The notes beneath the pieces were generated by a model that worked only from the letters and a program-made list of their open reading frames with translations, made no database searches and was not told where the DNA came from. Shown here in pieces: positions 13,802 to 26,953 of a stretch of 64,000 nt of DNA. The stretch is from contig NC_134029.1 in NCBI RefSeq assembly GCF_964204645.1, positions 22,376,950-22,440,949 of the forward strand. Reading direction: 5' to 3'. Within the stretch, counting starts at the first letter, position 1. Each line of letters begins with the position of its first letter. The DNA is from Tubulanus polymorphus. Lineage: Eukaryota; Animalia; Nemertea. The position numbers and the translations under genes were made by a program.

Positions 13802-14335
13802 TAGTAGCAAATTTTATGGATAGGGCCGTAAGAATGTTGTTTCATTAAAATGCGTGTATAGGTAAGTTCATTAGATATCAATTCAATTCTGAAAAGCTTG
13901 ATTTATTATTTTTCCTTCTCTTTCTCTCTCGTTTCAATTATTGGAATTTTCAGATTGATCAGTTTCTTGTTATTTGCCTAAGAGCGTTCGGCGTATTTGA
14001 AACGAGCAAACAAAATATCCACATACGCGATGACAAGTCAACGACGACTGTAATCAAACTAATGTATTAATGATTTTTAGTGTTGACGCGGTCGTGTTTG
14101 TTTAGAACTATTTAACCGTTTAGATGAATTTATTTCTCCTATTGTTTGCATTGTTTTATGCGTTGTTTTACCCAACGTTTGTAGAGTGTTTCTGCCGTTT
14201 GCCGATTTGCAGCGTTTATAGCTACGTATAGAAAGTACTCTGTAGAATTTGTAATGGCAGCTAGTAATAAAACAGCTCGACTAGCGCTGTAATGAGTATA
14301 GTGGGATAACAGTTTCAGAGATGTACTGATCAGCC

Positions 14336-14585
14336 AAGTCATACGCGGTTTTGACCTGGGGCACATTGGGCCCGTGCTAGATTAGGCCTCCGCCAACCGT
14401 TCACATTGGCACCAAATTGTTGGACCACTATAATGTTGGACCACTGCAAAGTTCTAGCACTGATCAAATTATTCCTGATGCTTGAAGAGACTCAACTCAC
14501 TTGCCACAGTATCAGCGAGTGAGAGCAGAGGAGAAATTCGACTCGGGCCTGTTCTGGGCTAAATTGTCTCTGTGTGATAGCGAGT
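14336..14585 (-). mobile_element. MITE family A, decayed
   Basis: actcacttgccacag, aaattcgactcgggcctg, aaattgtctctgtgtgatagcg are the reverse complement of family A blocks. Confidence 0.7.
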
Positions 14586-15959
14586 GAGGTTACAGGAGAG
14601 GGCTGTTTTAGGGAAAGATGGGGGTACCTTCCGTTCAAAGGCCACCCTATACAATGTGGAAAGAACTAAACGCATCAGGCAAACAAGATGATTTGAGTTA
14701 TGCCACTGCTAAAGGTCATTTATTTACTAACTACAACCACTATTACCTTTAGGCTATTGCAGTATTCAATGTTACTAGTGTTACAGATATGACAATGATT
14801 TTCAGCAAAATGGCTAATTCAGTGTAACCGATTATTAGCTGCGAATTGATTCAGTCACGAGCAGCTCAAGTTTCGGGGCTAGAGAACAGGGTCGATACAG
14901 CGTCAAATAGTCATTGATAGTACGATGAGAGAAAGGAAGGACGGACTGAGGTGGAGTCATCGTCGGAGGTGCAGCTAATCCTGTATATACACACCTTCAT
15001 CATATTCACATCCAGTCGATGTTGAACTAATAATATAAGAATTGATCGGAGATTGTCGATAACCCTTTGATCTTATCATCTACGTTATTAAATCTGATAG
15101 ATCGGCTCTTTGAGAAAATGAGAACTGTAACGACTAGCGTTTTTTTTTACCGGCGCATTTAGATCCATGGGGAAAACGTAGAGCTCGATAATAGAATTAC
15201 TTCAAGGTCCAGTTTTACTAATAAGTCTATCTCTCAAATCGATTTAATTTGCTCATTATTTCAGTCTATTGGTTTAGGAGTTTGCGAATCTGGAACCTGA
15301 TCTTCACGGTCTATTAAACCCACCACTCAGGACAAAGGGAAATGCAGAACAATGTTTCATCTAGGAAATGTTCCCGAAACCATGTTCTCATTCTTGTAAA
15401 CACAGGGAAACATATTTCTCTCCTCTGTTTCCATGTTTCCACTCGTCGTGTGCGTTTGGCTTAACAGTCTAAACTGTGAAAGGTGTACCTGACCTTTTGA
15501 TAGAATATGTACTTTCAAAATGCAGATGATGTCAGAGTTTTCATTATTATCTGCATCATTATTTCCCTGGTTTTTAAGTGGTTTTTTCACCGATATTTCA
15601 AGAATCTCTCTACATCACAATTCACGCTGTTCAGACGTTTTGAACAGTTTCAAGTGTTGATACTGCAGTTTACGTCATTATACTGTCCACTTGACGGGAA
15701 AAAAATTGTACAACGTCGAAACATGTTTCGTATCAATTTTCCCGTCTAGAAATATTTGCGTTCAGCGCTTTCATGTGAAATGGAGAACCTAGTTCAGAGC
15801 AAAGTAGCGAGAATTTAATGGAACGAAGTGAATGACGAGATCACTTGATACGCAGTACTTTTATCGACAATCCGCGCTGCCGACTAACAAACGATTAAGA
15901 CAATAGAAATGAAAGCACGGAGGAATAATCACTGAATCGATCTTTTTTGTCTTTGTAGA

Positions 15960-16070
15960 ATTCAAGTACGAAATTTCACGCAATTTCCAAACATTTTCCG
16001 GGGTTGGACCACCAGACCCCCTATATTCCGAAAAACGAACTCCCCCAAAAAATTCCTGGGGACGCCTATG
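15960..16070. mobile_element. Fragment of a non-autonomous DNA transposon (one terminus)
   Basis: ccaccagaccccc...cccccaaaaaattcctggggacgcctatg resembles a common invertebrate MITE end. The partner end was not found. Confidence 0.35.
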
Positions 16071-17140
16071 TATAAGATAATATTGCGTAGAATTCAAGTA
16101 TACGATGATATTGTTAAACTCGTTAAGAGGGAGTGGTTCGGGATACTGCGTATTGCAGCCTGTCTACTGCATCGCCGGTGTATACCTTCAGGAAATTTGT
16201 TTTCATACGTCGATAAAAATTCGGCTACATTTGTAAATCATGTTTTGTGAGCTCGCTCCCCGCGGAGGTGCGTCAATTGATCTCGCTGATTCAAACACCG
16301 TCAGACTCGGTGACCGGTAATACATTCCCTCTTGTTGATTTCCGCGTCTGTGAATGGTGCTTCGAAACGATGTTATTTCGGTCCGAAAAAATCGCGTCTT
16401 GTGTCTCGTAATCATGAATATTTAAATCATGTATTTTGCGATGATAGCGGATCCGGGCAGCGAGTCTCGTTCCGACCGGGAGAATTGCGCGGTATTCAGT
16501 CTAGGCGAGATACTTGGTCTACTTCGTCGAAAGCCTTTGAAGCGATATCAATCGGAAGACGTCACGATACCTCGTGCCGCTGCAATATTGTCCGCGCGAT
16601 TCGCATATCAGACGAATATTTCGAGACACGACGAAAATTATCCGGTATCGCGAAGAAACGAAGTCGCTTCAGGGGATTTCGTTCCGAGATTTTTTTCTCT
16701 CGTTTTATCCGATATTCTTTCATCTGATTGTGCAATGTTGTTTTCAATTCGCGCAGCGTTTTCCGACGACGTCGCTGGAAAATCCTTCGAGATATATCGT
16801 TACGTCATACGTCGGTCTTGGCAACCGTATTTTTATGCTCGATGAGCGTGATCTTTAAGACTTTTCTTATTTATCTTCGGCTCAATGATAGAAAATGGCG
16901 GCGCATGATGTCGAGAAAGTGAAAATAATTTATGGCTTCTGATGTCTTCGCCGTGCCTATAAATAAGTCTTTGACTGTTTGCTGTTGACATCAGCAAAAG
17001 GGCATTTGGAAGATTGTATCTCGGATGAAAAGAACGTACACAATATTTTCGCTATTATTGGGTCGTGTTGTTGTCAAAGCTCTTCTGTTGAAGCCATGCG
17101 AAGTTATTGGTTCGCTGATTTATAACGGCTCGAATTTTTT

Positions 17141-17163
17141 CATCATCATCATCATCATCATCA
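17141..17163. repeat. (CAT)n microsatellite
   Basis: About 7.5 units read directly. Confidence 0.9.
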
Positions 17164-20156
17164 TTGCCAGTCAAAACACAGTCGTCTATGATTTCATCGT
17201 ATTCAATTTCTTTCATTTATTTTCAATTATTGCGTTGTCATCTTCCTCGATTAGTTGTTTCGAAAGCTATCATAATGCGATAGAAAATCGTTCTGATTTT
17301 TCGCGAATGCGTTCATTAAATCATTCAGCGAAGAGGAAAAATTCAATTGCTCCTGTTTTCGCTGTTTGTTATTGCAGTTCTATGGTGATTACTGACTAAC
17401 TAATATTTGATTCGCGGAAAGTCTTCTGAAGTAAATAATACATTCTACACGAAGGGTCGAAGATGTAATTGTATGACCAGTGCAGTGTTTACAGTGGTAA
17501 AACTCCGCGACTCTCCGCGCCGGTTCAACGGCTTCATTTCCTTCAGGCGCGTTCTACCGGCATACGGCATACAAACATTTACTTTTTATTTAGAAAAAAC
17601 TGCAAGCGGTGACATGCACTTGATCCAGTATTATCTAGCAGTCTCCTATTAATCCATTAGTGCCGATAAAGAGAAACAACTTTTATGTCTCCGTTTCTTA
17701 CAGTATAGAGCGTGATAAAGCTTCGTGAAAGCGATCGGCATTAGCCTTCGTACCATTAATAGAAACATTTACAAATCATGTCGTTTCTCTCTCGGAAATG
17801 GAAAGAAATCATGCGATTCTCTTCATCTCTGTTGAGACTGTTAACAATGCGTTTGTTGATGTGTCGCACGAATTATCATTAGAAAAGCAGTTCTAGGAAA
17901 TGAACATGGTGACGTTAAGTCAACTCGTTCTGTCGCTATATAGATATCATATTCATATATTTTGTAGTCCATTTCCATACAGTAATTTTTCGCGCTTGCA
18001 ATAAATTCTATCACTAGGGAATTCGATGAAATGGCATCGATGAAATGACATTTTATTGTGTGATTGTTTTTTTTCATTCACCTCTGGCGGAAAGCATTCT
18101 TCTGTAACTATTAAACCCGCTGCACTCGCACTCTGCTGTATCATAGCAATGCCAGCATCACAACGTACAACTCAATGTTTGTGGTCAATTATGTCGACAT
18201 TTCAAACATGATCAATGAATGATTTTTCGTGTTTGTCAGATTCATTGATGTCTGATGTATCGATCTGTTTGCAATTACAATTACAATCACAAAAAGCGAC
18301 TTTTTCCTGTGTTAGTAATTTTTCAGGCCTGCTTAAAACTCTGAAATCATTGTCCCAAAGGACGCTCTTAAAGACTCTTCCTGTTGAAATTTCTAAAATG
18401 ATTTCCAATTACTTTTATTCTGGAAAATCTTATCCTTTAGGTATCACGGTCAAATTCTTATTTCGAACTATCGTTACAGTGAGATATTGCCATTTTTCAT
18501 TCTTGTCCTGTTCAACAACTGGTTTTGGCTGAAGAAAGACTTATTACTTATTCATCGACATTTCAGCCTCTTGTGGTTATGTACTGATGTCTTTTTGTCA
18601 TATTTAAGTTGTAATGAAAGGATATTCTTCGTGCGAATGGCCATCGAGCGTCCAATGACATTTCACGGTGCCTACGCGCGTATATTTCTGAGAAACAAAC
18701 GAAGTCGACCTGGCAAGTGTTTTTACATAAGAACCGACGTTCGAGCTATCGGATCTCTCGTTGTAAGACTGAAATATGTCACCGTTAGTTGACGATAAAG
18801 CGGGCAACTGGGGCTCCTTGAAATGGGTCGGGTTACCGGTTGAATCCGATATAAACGTGATAATTTATGCATAAGATAGCGGTCAAATGAAGTAAGATTG
18901 TGAATGTAACGTGTATACTGTGGCTTTATTACCAATTCTCTAGTGAATGTTGATGATGAAATATGCATAAATAGAATATTGAGTGACGATTTACCGAGAG
19001 ATTCTCTTCTGAATACATCAGAGGCGACAAACACTATTCCTGACCTGTTGGCTGCGTCAAACATCGCGGCCGAATATTTGTCTCTGTTTTGGTATCCATA
19101 GATAATTAACTGTCTATGTGTATATTATAGAAATGCCTACAATAGAATGAAATACTATTAGAGTTCTCTTTGACTCAAATACCATTCACCATTTTCATGG
19201 TTTTTGGAAAAGTGCTAATTTTTGGAAAAACATTGTTAAGGCCCTGATATGTACTTACCAGTACTTTTCACAAAAATATCAATAAGTGCTGAAAAAGTGC
19301 TAATTTTTTATTTTTAAAGCTAGCTGAAAATCAAATAATCACACGTCACTTCTGGATAATTTGTCAAAAATGATTTCCAAATCAGTTCTAACAATAGTTG
19401 TTAAGACAAGACCTGTAGCAAGGATATCATTTGAGAGCCGCAGTTAATTTTGAGGGATGAAGTTAGATGTTCAAGTCTCACTCGATAGTTTCATGCGTAT
19501 TCTAAATTTCGATTCCCGACCATGTTTCATCTACAAACAGAAGAATGAATGAGAATTGTTCTTCTCTCGAGCGAGATTTCCTGCCATTTGGGATGTTTCT
19601 AAAAGTAAATGAGATATTAGTTCTGTCCAACATCAGATGTGGATTGAATGTGAACTGTATCAACTGGTGTCTGGAATGCTTGTTGACACTGGTTTCAAGT
19701 CGCCGGTTTCGCCGGGCGATTCATGCCAATTAGGCGCAAAAATGTTATCGCTGTAAAAGAATCATGTGGCAACTTTTTAACGGACGGACGGACAAAGCTT
19801 CGTAACTTGATGAGATGTGTCAGGCGATTCGGTCGTTTTTCATGAAAAACATCACTTGTGGCAACGCGATTTGCATAACCACGTCCGATCTCGGTAAACA
19901 AAACATCAATAATCGAGTCATTGCTCGGTGGCTTCCTGTGTATCGTTATAACTTTACTGTGTCTATACGGAGAGAAAAAAACTGATTTTCCATCTTCGCT
20001 CTCATTTCCAAATCATAAAACATTCTATTGACGTTTTATTCCAGCCACCGATGTTATAGAAATCAGTGTAAACTTACGTCAGCTAACAGCAATAAATATA
20101 TGTATATAGTTAGAACAAGTTTTTTACTAACTCTGTCCACCGAAGTACAATATGAA

Positions 20157-20272
20157 AGCCGCGATCACATGAGAGACGATTTTGCCTAGGCCAAATTGGC
20201 ACAAGATCGGGCCTGCGTCAAGTTTGGCCCGTGCCTGATAAGAGAGCCAAAATTGCCCATGTGATCGCGGCT
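20157..20272 (+). mobile_element. MITE family A, minimal 116-bp derivative
   Basis: Perfect 15-bp TIRs AGCCGCGATCACATG...CATGTGATCGCGGCT. Confidence 0.9.
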
Positions 20273-21461
20273 TATAGTACGTACTAATGCAAAATGACCC
20301 CATTCTTTATTTTCTATATAATCGTCCCTCTTATTTATTTGATTGGAAGGTTTGATTTGGGGTCCCTTACAAACCCACGACACAGGGTTTGATTTAGTAA
20401 TCAGAAATCAAAGTTCATAAATGGTCGGGTGGTCGGTCCAATTTACAAAAATTTTTGTTTTAATCGAAGGACATGATTGGAAATTTCAAGAGGGCGCACC
20501 AAGCGAAGATGAATACGTAACCTACTTCCATATGTAACCTTTACCTAGTTGCGGTGACTGCGGTTTGAAAGCGAACACTTTTTACGAATAATCAGCCTTC
20601 TACTTTTTATTACATTCAAATTTATTCCTCGCGAAAACACTGACGACTTCTTCATGTTTATACACCTGTACACAGTGATACCTCTCCAGGGATGTCGATA
20701 TCTTATGCTCTGTAACTTATGCTGATCAGCAGCTGCCTTCCGGGGAATGAAAACTGTCAGAACTGTGAAAACCCCCGACTGTAAACAAGTCCCTTACCTC
20801 GGTTTAACAGATTGCGGAAACGAATGTCATCGCGTTATCGGCAGAAAGGGATTCGATATCATATCATGATTAGATAGATACATATCGTGTATTAATGCAT
20901 GGTTTGAGACGAGACCCATCCCTGTTTCACACACACGAATACACAGATTCGAAAAATTCATTTTGATAAAAGCAGTTTTCATCGGAATTATCTATACAGT
21001 TTATGATGATTTATAGCAGTCACGTCGAGGAGACATCCGGGCGGTGCGCGTTCGATGTAGCTAAATTTAAACGATGTTTGCGCCGCGCGTCGTGGTGTTA
21101 TATCAGAACTTCAAGGTAAAACCTGATGGAGTAGAATAATGATATCGTACACCCACACACCCGTGCCATATTATTACGACTTATCATCATCGCTGGCGCT
21201 AATTCGAAACAGACAATAAACCCGATGGTTATATGTCACTTTTATATTAATGCGCTTTTAGCTAATTCTATCGTTTTATTACGCCGTAGAATCTTCGCTG
21301 ACATTTTCATATTGAAACGGTGCCAGTGGGCAGTCATGACTCTATTTCTATTTTCACCGATATCTTTTTCACTCGGATAATATGATTGCGCTGTATAGAT
21401 GGCACACCCTGATAATCTTTTCCATAAAGTGTCACTACGAAAAGCAAAACATGGTATCTGT

Positions 21462-21807
21462 AGCTGTGTTCACATTATTAATAGTTTATCTGTTCTAATT
21501 CGGCCATCCCTGGAACGGACATATTTAGAACGGACCAAATCAATGCTGTGCGCTCACACATGATTTCAAATGAGGTTGTTTTTACTGGTCCAGCTAGATG
21601 CAACACTATAATTGACCAGCTGATTTAAGCAAATCCCTATTCACAGAGAAATGAACTGTTCTAGAATTGAGAGCGGACTTGAATCGGGCTAAGTCGGACC
21701 GTTCTAAAGTGGAATGGACCAACTTAGGAGATAACTATCGCTGGTCGGTTCGAAATTGGAACGGACTTAATCTAGAAGTTCCAAATAATGAAGCGTGAAC
21801 GTGGGCT
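21462..21807 (+). mobile_element. MITE family B, near full length
   Basis: Ends AGCTGTGTTCACA...GTGAACGTGGGCT; many ttagaacggacc / ggaccgttctaa subrepeats. Confidence 0.8.
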
Positions 21808-23236
21808 ATTTTACTGCGCCCTCGGTAGAAGTGAACATCAAGTAATCTTTGGCAGCGGATAAATGCATGTAGATGTATATATACTTGTTATTCTATGACC
21901 GCCCGGTGTGTCATTAGTCTAACAATCTACTGTAATTGTCTAGCAGACAGTCTCAGAATTGCCGATCATCTAATACTATTCAGGTGATTATGTACTTCCG
22001 TGGTATATATGTATCTCTCGACTCGGAGAATCATCCCTGACAGGAATTATACCCCTTCACATCTCGAGAAATGTGATACGCGATTAGACGATACCATATT
22101 TCATGTCTGCGCGTGTTACTTATTCCTGACGTTGCGTGACGGCGAAATTGAAATTCTGTCTTGAAAATGATTCGTTTTGAAACTGAAATGTCATCTTAAC
22201 CCGCTTGAAATAACTGTATATCATCAATGTCCTTGGTCGTTCAGTTTAACAGTCCCTGGTATTTTGTCGGATTGCTTTGCGATTAGGAGATAACATAAGA
22301 GATGCTGGATATAAATATCTGTCAGCTTTATCTGACACTTGTTACTGATGTATCTCCAGCATAGAATTTATTATCATGTTGTCCAATTTGTGGATGCTGT
22401 TGACACAGAGCTTGGACCTAATGAACAGAAGCATATTCGGTTTATTGCGCTATTCTGGATATTGCTCATACTGAAATATATGAGCTTAAGTAATCCGCAC
22501 CGACTTCATAAGATGACCAGAGAAGATAGGACATAGCTTTCTAGGATATAATGCATAGGTGTCAGATAGAAGCCTCTCCAGATTCCGAATGCAGTAGCCG
22601 AACATATGTTTTTCCCCTCCCCAGATAAGTCTGAACCTAGATATTGTGTTCTTATGCGTAACATCAATGTCATGAAGGCTTATTGGACCTACCGGTAGTT
22701 GATTGGTTTAATTGTGTAGTCCGTTATATAAAAATTGAAGACATATTTCTAAATGAGCGACACTTTGGTTATACTGTATATTGCTGGCTGTCATTCGAAA
22801 ATCTATACAAGCTGGGATAACCCTAATGTAAGGAATAAACGAGTGGACTTGGACACGTCATAAATAATCTCGTAGCCCCGAATCTGAAATGTGTTCAGAC
22901 ACCTATGTAACAATCATGGAGCATTGGAGCAGGTGTACTTAAAGCGTCAATTCCAGAGCTTTTCGCCAATTTGCTGTTATCGATTGTCCGCGATTAACGG
23001 CTGGACAAAACGAAGTTTAATTGCTTCACCGACAAAACTGGGAATGTGTTCAGTATCAACAACATCGTCATCAGTAGCCGTAATCATTATCGTTTATATT
23101 ACTTAAGGTTTGTGTCTGCGTCGTCGAAACCGGTCGTAGTTCGGGGGCCATTTATCTGCATCAAACAACGATAGCGAATTACCGGTTAAAGAGGTTTATT
23201 TCACGCTTCGTCGACGGCCGTTTCTCGTATGAAATA

Positions 23237-23273
23237 ACGACGACGACGACGATGATGATGATGACGATGATGA
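23237..23273. repeat. (GAC)n(GAT)n compound microsatellite
   Basis: Read directly. Confidence 0.85.
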
Positions 23274-23370
23274 AGCGATTGTTCTGCGTGGATTCGATAA
23301 GATTTGATTACGACGACGAGGTCACCGTGTCGGCATGACGATACGGTCGTTTATACCAGCGCCGCTCAGC

Positions 23371-23819
23371 CATCCTCCCTCGACTCGAGGACTCGAACCT
23401 GATGGCATCATGAGACTCTGTACAAACAGTACAAACCCCTGCCCTAGTAGACACATCCTCCCTCGACAGGGATGCGAACCTGATGGCATCATGAGACCAT
23501 GTCACAGTACATCAAACCCCTGCCCTAGTAGACACATCCTCCCTCGACAGGGATGCGACCTGATGGCATCATGAGAATCTGTCTTTGTACAAACCCCTGT
23601 CCTAGTAGACAAATCCTCCCTGGACAGGGATTCGAACCTGATGGCATTGTGAGACTCTGTCACAGTACAAACCCCTGCCCCTAGTAGACACATCCTCCCT
23701 CAGCAGGAATCCAAACTTGATGACATCATGAAACTCTGTCACAGTACCGACCCCTGCCTGGGTTGGTACTGTGACAGATTCTCGTGATGCTATCAGGATG
23801 GAATCCCTGTCGAGGGAGG
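23371..23819. repeat. Minisatellite of five 77-83-bp units plus one inverted unit, derived from the TIR of the element at 61202
   Basis: Units start at 23371, 23454, 23535, 23612 and 23691 (catcctccctcgacagggat.cgaacctgatggcatc...aaacccctgccctagtagac). An inverted copy lies at about 23762-23819. Confidence 0.9.
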
Positions 23820-24812
23820 TCGCGTGCAACAAATGACCGTCATCAAGCATTCTGATTGAAAAAAATGGGAAATGAATTAACCAGTGCCAGAGAGAAATGA
23901 TGTTGTAACGATGATACGCGGTTATCGGCGATAAAGAATGATCGGTCGTGCTACACCTGAAGAATATTTCATCATCTTTGCGGCGTCATCGAAGGCATTC
24001 TATTCTGATGCGAGTGAATGATAGTATCGCGCGTTGACGTCGTCTAGTGGTTCATTAACTGCGTGATCAATCACGTGTTCCGTTATTCCTCCTCTCTTAG
24101 AACGGTTAATGATGTTTACAAGTTTTTGATCTGCCGTCTGATTTCACACGATCCTGTTGCATTTCGCTCTGTCAGCAAATCTAGCAAATCTTTTCATTCC
24201 ATCGGTTAAATGAACAATGCATTTAACTCGATGTACAATCGCGGTGACATTTAAGGCATGAACTTCATCACGTGTTTTTCAGCGTCTAAGCATAACTTTC
24301 AAAACTTTAGAATGGTAAGTTAGGCGCTTAGTATAGAACTATTGAAACTAAAAAAAAGGACTAAAATTCGGAACTTTTTTTTCTGATTACTAAAAATCTA
24401 CTCGATTTTCATCTTCTATTGTCTGATTCTCTAATTTCGCTACAAAAATGCTGTTACTCCATTATTGAAATAGTTTCTTCGACACTCTTCAAATATTTGT
24501 ATTTGCAAGAAGCGACCGGTTCCCGGTGGCACCAGTTATTGTGAGTTTGCTTACCAGACATGATAATAATGCGCGTTACGCTTTCGTTAAATTGATTATC
24601 GTGAGTTTTATTACATAAAAGAGAGAGAGGGTGTAGACACTTGAGCCTTGTGAAATTCGAGTATGTTTATCTAAATCAATACAGTTTTGCAGTTCATTCA
24701 TCTTCAGATGATGAAAATGATCAATTGTAAAAAATTACATAGTATTCATACATTATTTGATCTTTTGTCTATGGATTAATTGGATGTCATACTTTTAGAT
24801 ATATGGTAATGG

Positions 24813-24995
24813 GAATCCGCAATAAAGATGAGAAAATGATAAAGTCCGAAAATGTTTCCTTGAGTCGGTAGTTTATTCAACGTTTCGACCATAAACTAAT
24901 AGTCATCTTAGTTCATAGTCGAAACGTTGAATAAACTGCCAGCTCAAGGAAGCTTTTTCGGACTTTATTATTTTCTCGTCTCTATTGTGGGATTC
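24813..24995. mobile_element. Foldback family C (Penelope-like remnant), centre deleted
   Basis: Arms of about 80 bp are inverted (gtttattcaacgtttcgac / gtcgaaacgttgaataaac). Both CUGAAGA cores are lost at the centre. Confidence 0.85.
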
Positions 24996-25687
24996 ATGTG
25001 AATCCTGATGAACATCAATATTAGAATACGTGTGGCCAATGACGCAGCCACTTAAAACTAGGAATATTGGAATTAAGTGGCTTTAGGAAGCGATCGAGGC
25101 TGACGGAATATGGAGTGAAAACATTTACCAACAGTTAGATAAAATTCTGATGGATTGAAGAAGTCAGTAATGTCCTTGAGGCTTCCACTGTTACTCATTA
25201 ATCTTCGAGAATATATCGCTATTCACAACCGCTGCCATCACAGTATGAAACATCTACTCCGTGATGGAGCTCTTGCCTCGGGGAACTACGTCTATTGAGG
25301 AAAAAAATTTTCACCGGATATTGGCCTCTATAGAACTAGGGCTCCCTGAAATCTATATTGCTATATAATCCCGATGGTATTTTATAAATATGATTATCGT
25401 CTCATAGCCATTAGCGATCAGGGCGCCAGTGCGGATATTTTTACGCATTTCCCTGAGCGTGCTGACAAGATTAATCTATGATAAATGACCTTGTAATTTA
25501 GTCGTCTGATGTCTGGAATCAAAATATTCATAGTTTCATCGTTTTGCGTATAAATCACTCTATTCAGTTCATTGATAGCGTTAGAACATGTCACGACTCC
25601 AGCAGCCATCGGTTCAGACTCTCCATCAAAATATCAACATTGTAACAAAAAAGTTTTGAATTGATCATGAATCATTCTTATCACTAT

Positions 25688-25998
25688 AGCTGCATTTACA
25701 CAAACATTTTTGGCCAATACAAAGTTTGGGCGCGGAACAACTGTTCACAAGGGTACCAAATGGGAAAAATTTGGCCTGACTTAGATTAGGCTTGAGCCAA
25801 ATTTTAGCACGGGTCAAATTATGGCAAGTGAATTATTTCAACTGGTTCCAGAAGTGATTCACTTCGCTTTAAGTATTGTTTATGAATGAGTGATTTACAT
25901 GTGAACGCGCTCTATAATTAGGCACGGGCCAAATTTGGCTTTGGCCTGGTCCGATCCAATCTGGTCTGGGCCAAATCGTGTGGTGTGTGATGGTGGCT
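25688..25998 (-). mobile_element. MITE family A
   Basis: Ends AGCTGCATTTACAC...GTGTGATGGTGGCT; internal blocks are the reverse complement of family A. Confidence 0.8.
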
Positions 25999-26325
25999 AC
26001 TATCGCTAGTTACTCGATTCTGATATGGTCCGTACCTGGAATGTACCAATTTAGAACGGACAAAATCAATGTTGTGCGTTCATACACGTTTTTAAATTGA
26101 TCAGTTGTTATCACTGGTCCGGCTACACAACTCATTGATTGATGGACAGTAAATCGAAGCTTCCATTTACCTTGGAGTAATCATTTGACAAGATTACTCC
26201 AAGCATTTACACACACAGAAATGTTCCTTGTTAGATTTAAAAGAGAGCTGATTTGTTCTTGTGGTCAGTCTAAATTGGTCCATTCTTAAATGGAACAGAC
26301 TAAATGATGGAATGTGAATGATGCT
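25999..26325 (+). mobile_element. MITE family B, abutting a family A copy at its left end
   Basis: actatcgctagtt...ggtccgtacctggaa..ccaatttagaacggac..gttatcactggtcc. Confidence 0.75.
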
Positions 26326-26350
26326 TACATCTTCGACATCTAAACATCGT

Positions 26351-26364
26351 GCGCCATCTACTGG
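26351..26364 (-). promoter_or_regulatory. CTCF-like binding motif
   Basis: The reverse complement CCAGTAGATGGCGC matches CCASYAGRKGGCRS exactly. Confidence 0.55.
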
Positions 26365-26564
26365 AATGAGTAACAGAAAGCCGATGATACTGGTATGGGT
26401 GACATCGTGATTGGCTTTTCGCCAAATTATAAGAGATCCTCCAGGACACAGTTTCACAAATGAATCTTTATTTGTTGTCGATGAAAATGCCTTTAGAGAA
26501 ATGTTCTAAAATTTCCAAACCACCACAATTCAATTTCGAGATTCCGATAAACGGTGTGAGAGCA

Positions 26565-26711
26565 TAGAACGATAACCACACTCAAACGTGGATGACGGAT
26601 AATGAGATAAAGTCCCACTATTTATGTATTTGTCTTTTATGTATTTTAGTTTGAATAAATAAATCCTGGTTTTTAAATTCTTTTAATCTGTAAATAGTGG
26701 GATTTTATCTT
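26565..26711. mobile_element. Foldback family D, older copy with central deletion
   Basis: ctggtttttaaattcttttaatctgtaaatagtgggattttatctt is identical to 38406-38451. tagaacgataaccacactcaaacgtgg is the near-exact reverse complement of the 38464-38490 tail. Confidence 0.85.
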
Positions 26712-26913
26712 GGTGTTAGCGCATGTTGAAAAGTCGATCTGTTGAATAATCAGTTTCTGAAATATTGTTGAATTATGTTTTGATTAATGAATCTAATTTT
26801 TCATGAGTAACGCAGTTGTTTGTCGGTATATTTTCAGATTCGGTTGAAGAAGAACCTACATTCCGATAGTTTGTCACATTCCACTTGTTCGAATCATATC
26901 ATCATCGACGACA

Positions 26914-26953
26914 ATGCAAGCTCAATCCTCGCACAGACTCGACCAGTTCGCCA
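26914..26953 (+). CDS. Candidate first coding segment MQAQSSHRLDQFA within exon 26838-26953 (unidentified gene)
   Basis: Acceptor tattttcag| at 26837, in-frame upstream TGA at 26845, ACAATG start context, donor CCA|gtaagt, phase 1. Confidence 0.45.

Noticed and set aside
13900-13953. Splice acceptor (also about 11713 and 32524)
   Set aside because: A pyrimidine tract and AG are present, but I found no convincing donor at exon distance.
16332-16922. Overlapping ORFs of up to 138 aa
   Set aside because: Explained by locally high GC/CpG; no recognisable domain and no frame stands out.
23371-23819. CRISPR-like array or tRNA gene cluster
   Set aside because: The sequence between conserved blocks is also repeated. 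Only degenerate B-box-like motifs are present, with no convincing cloverleaf.
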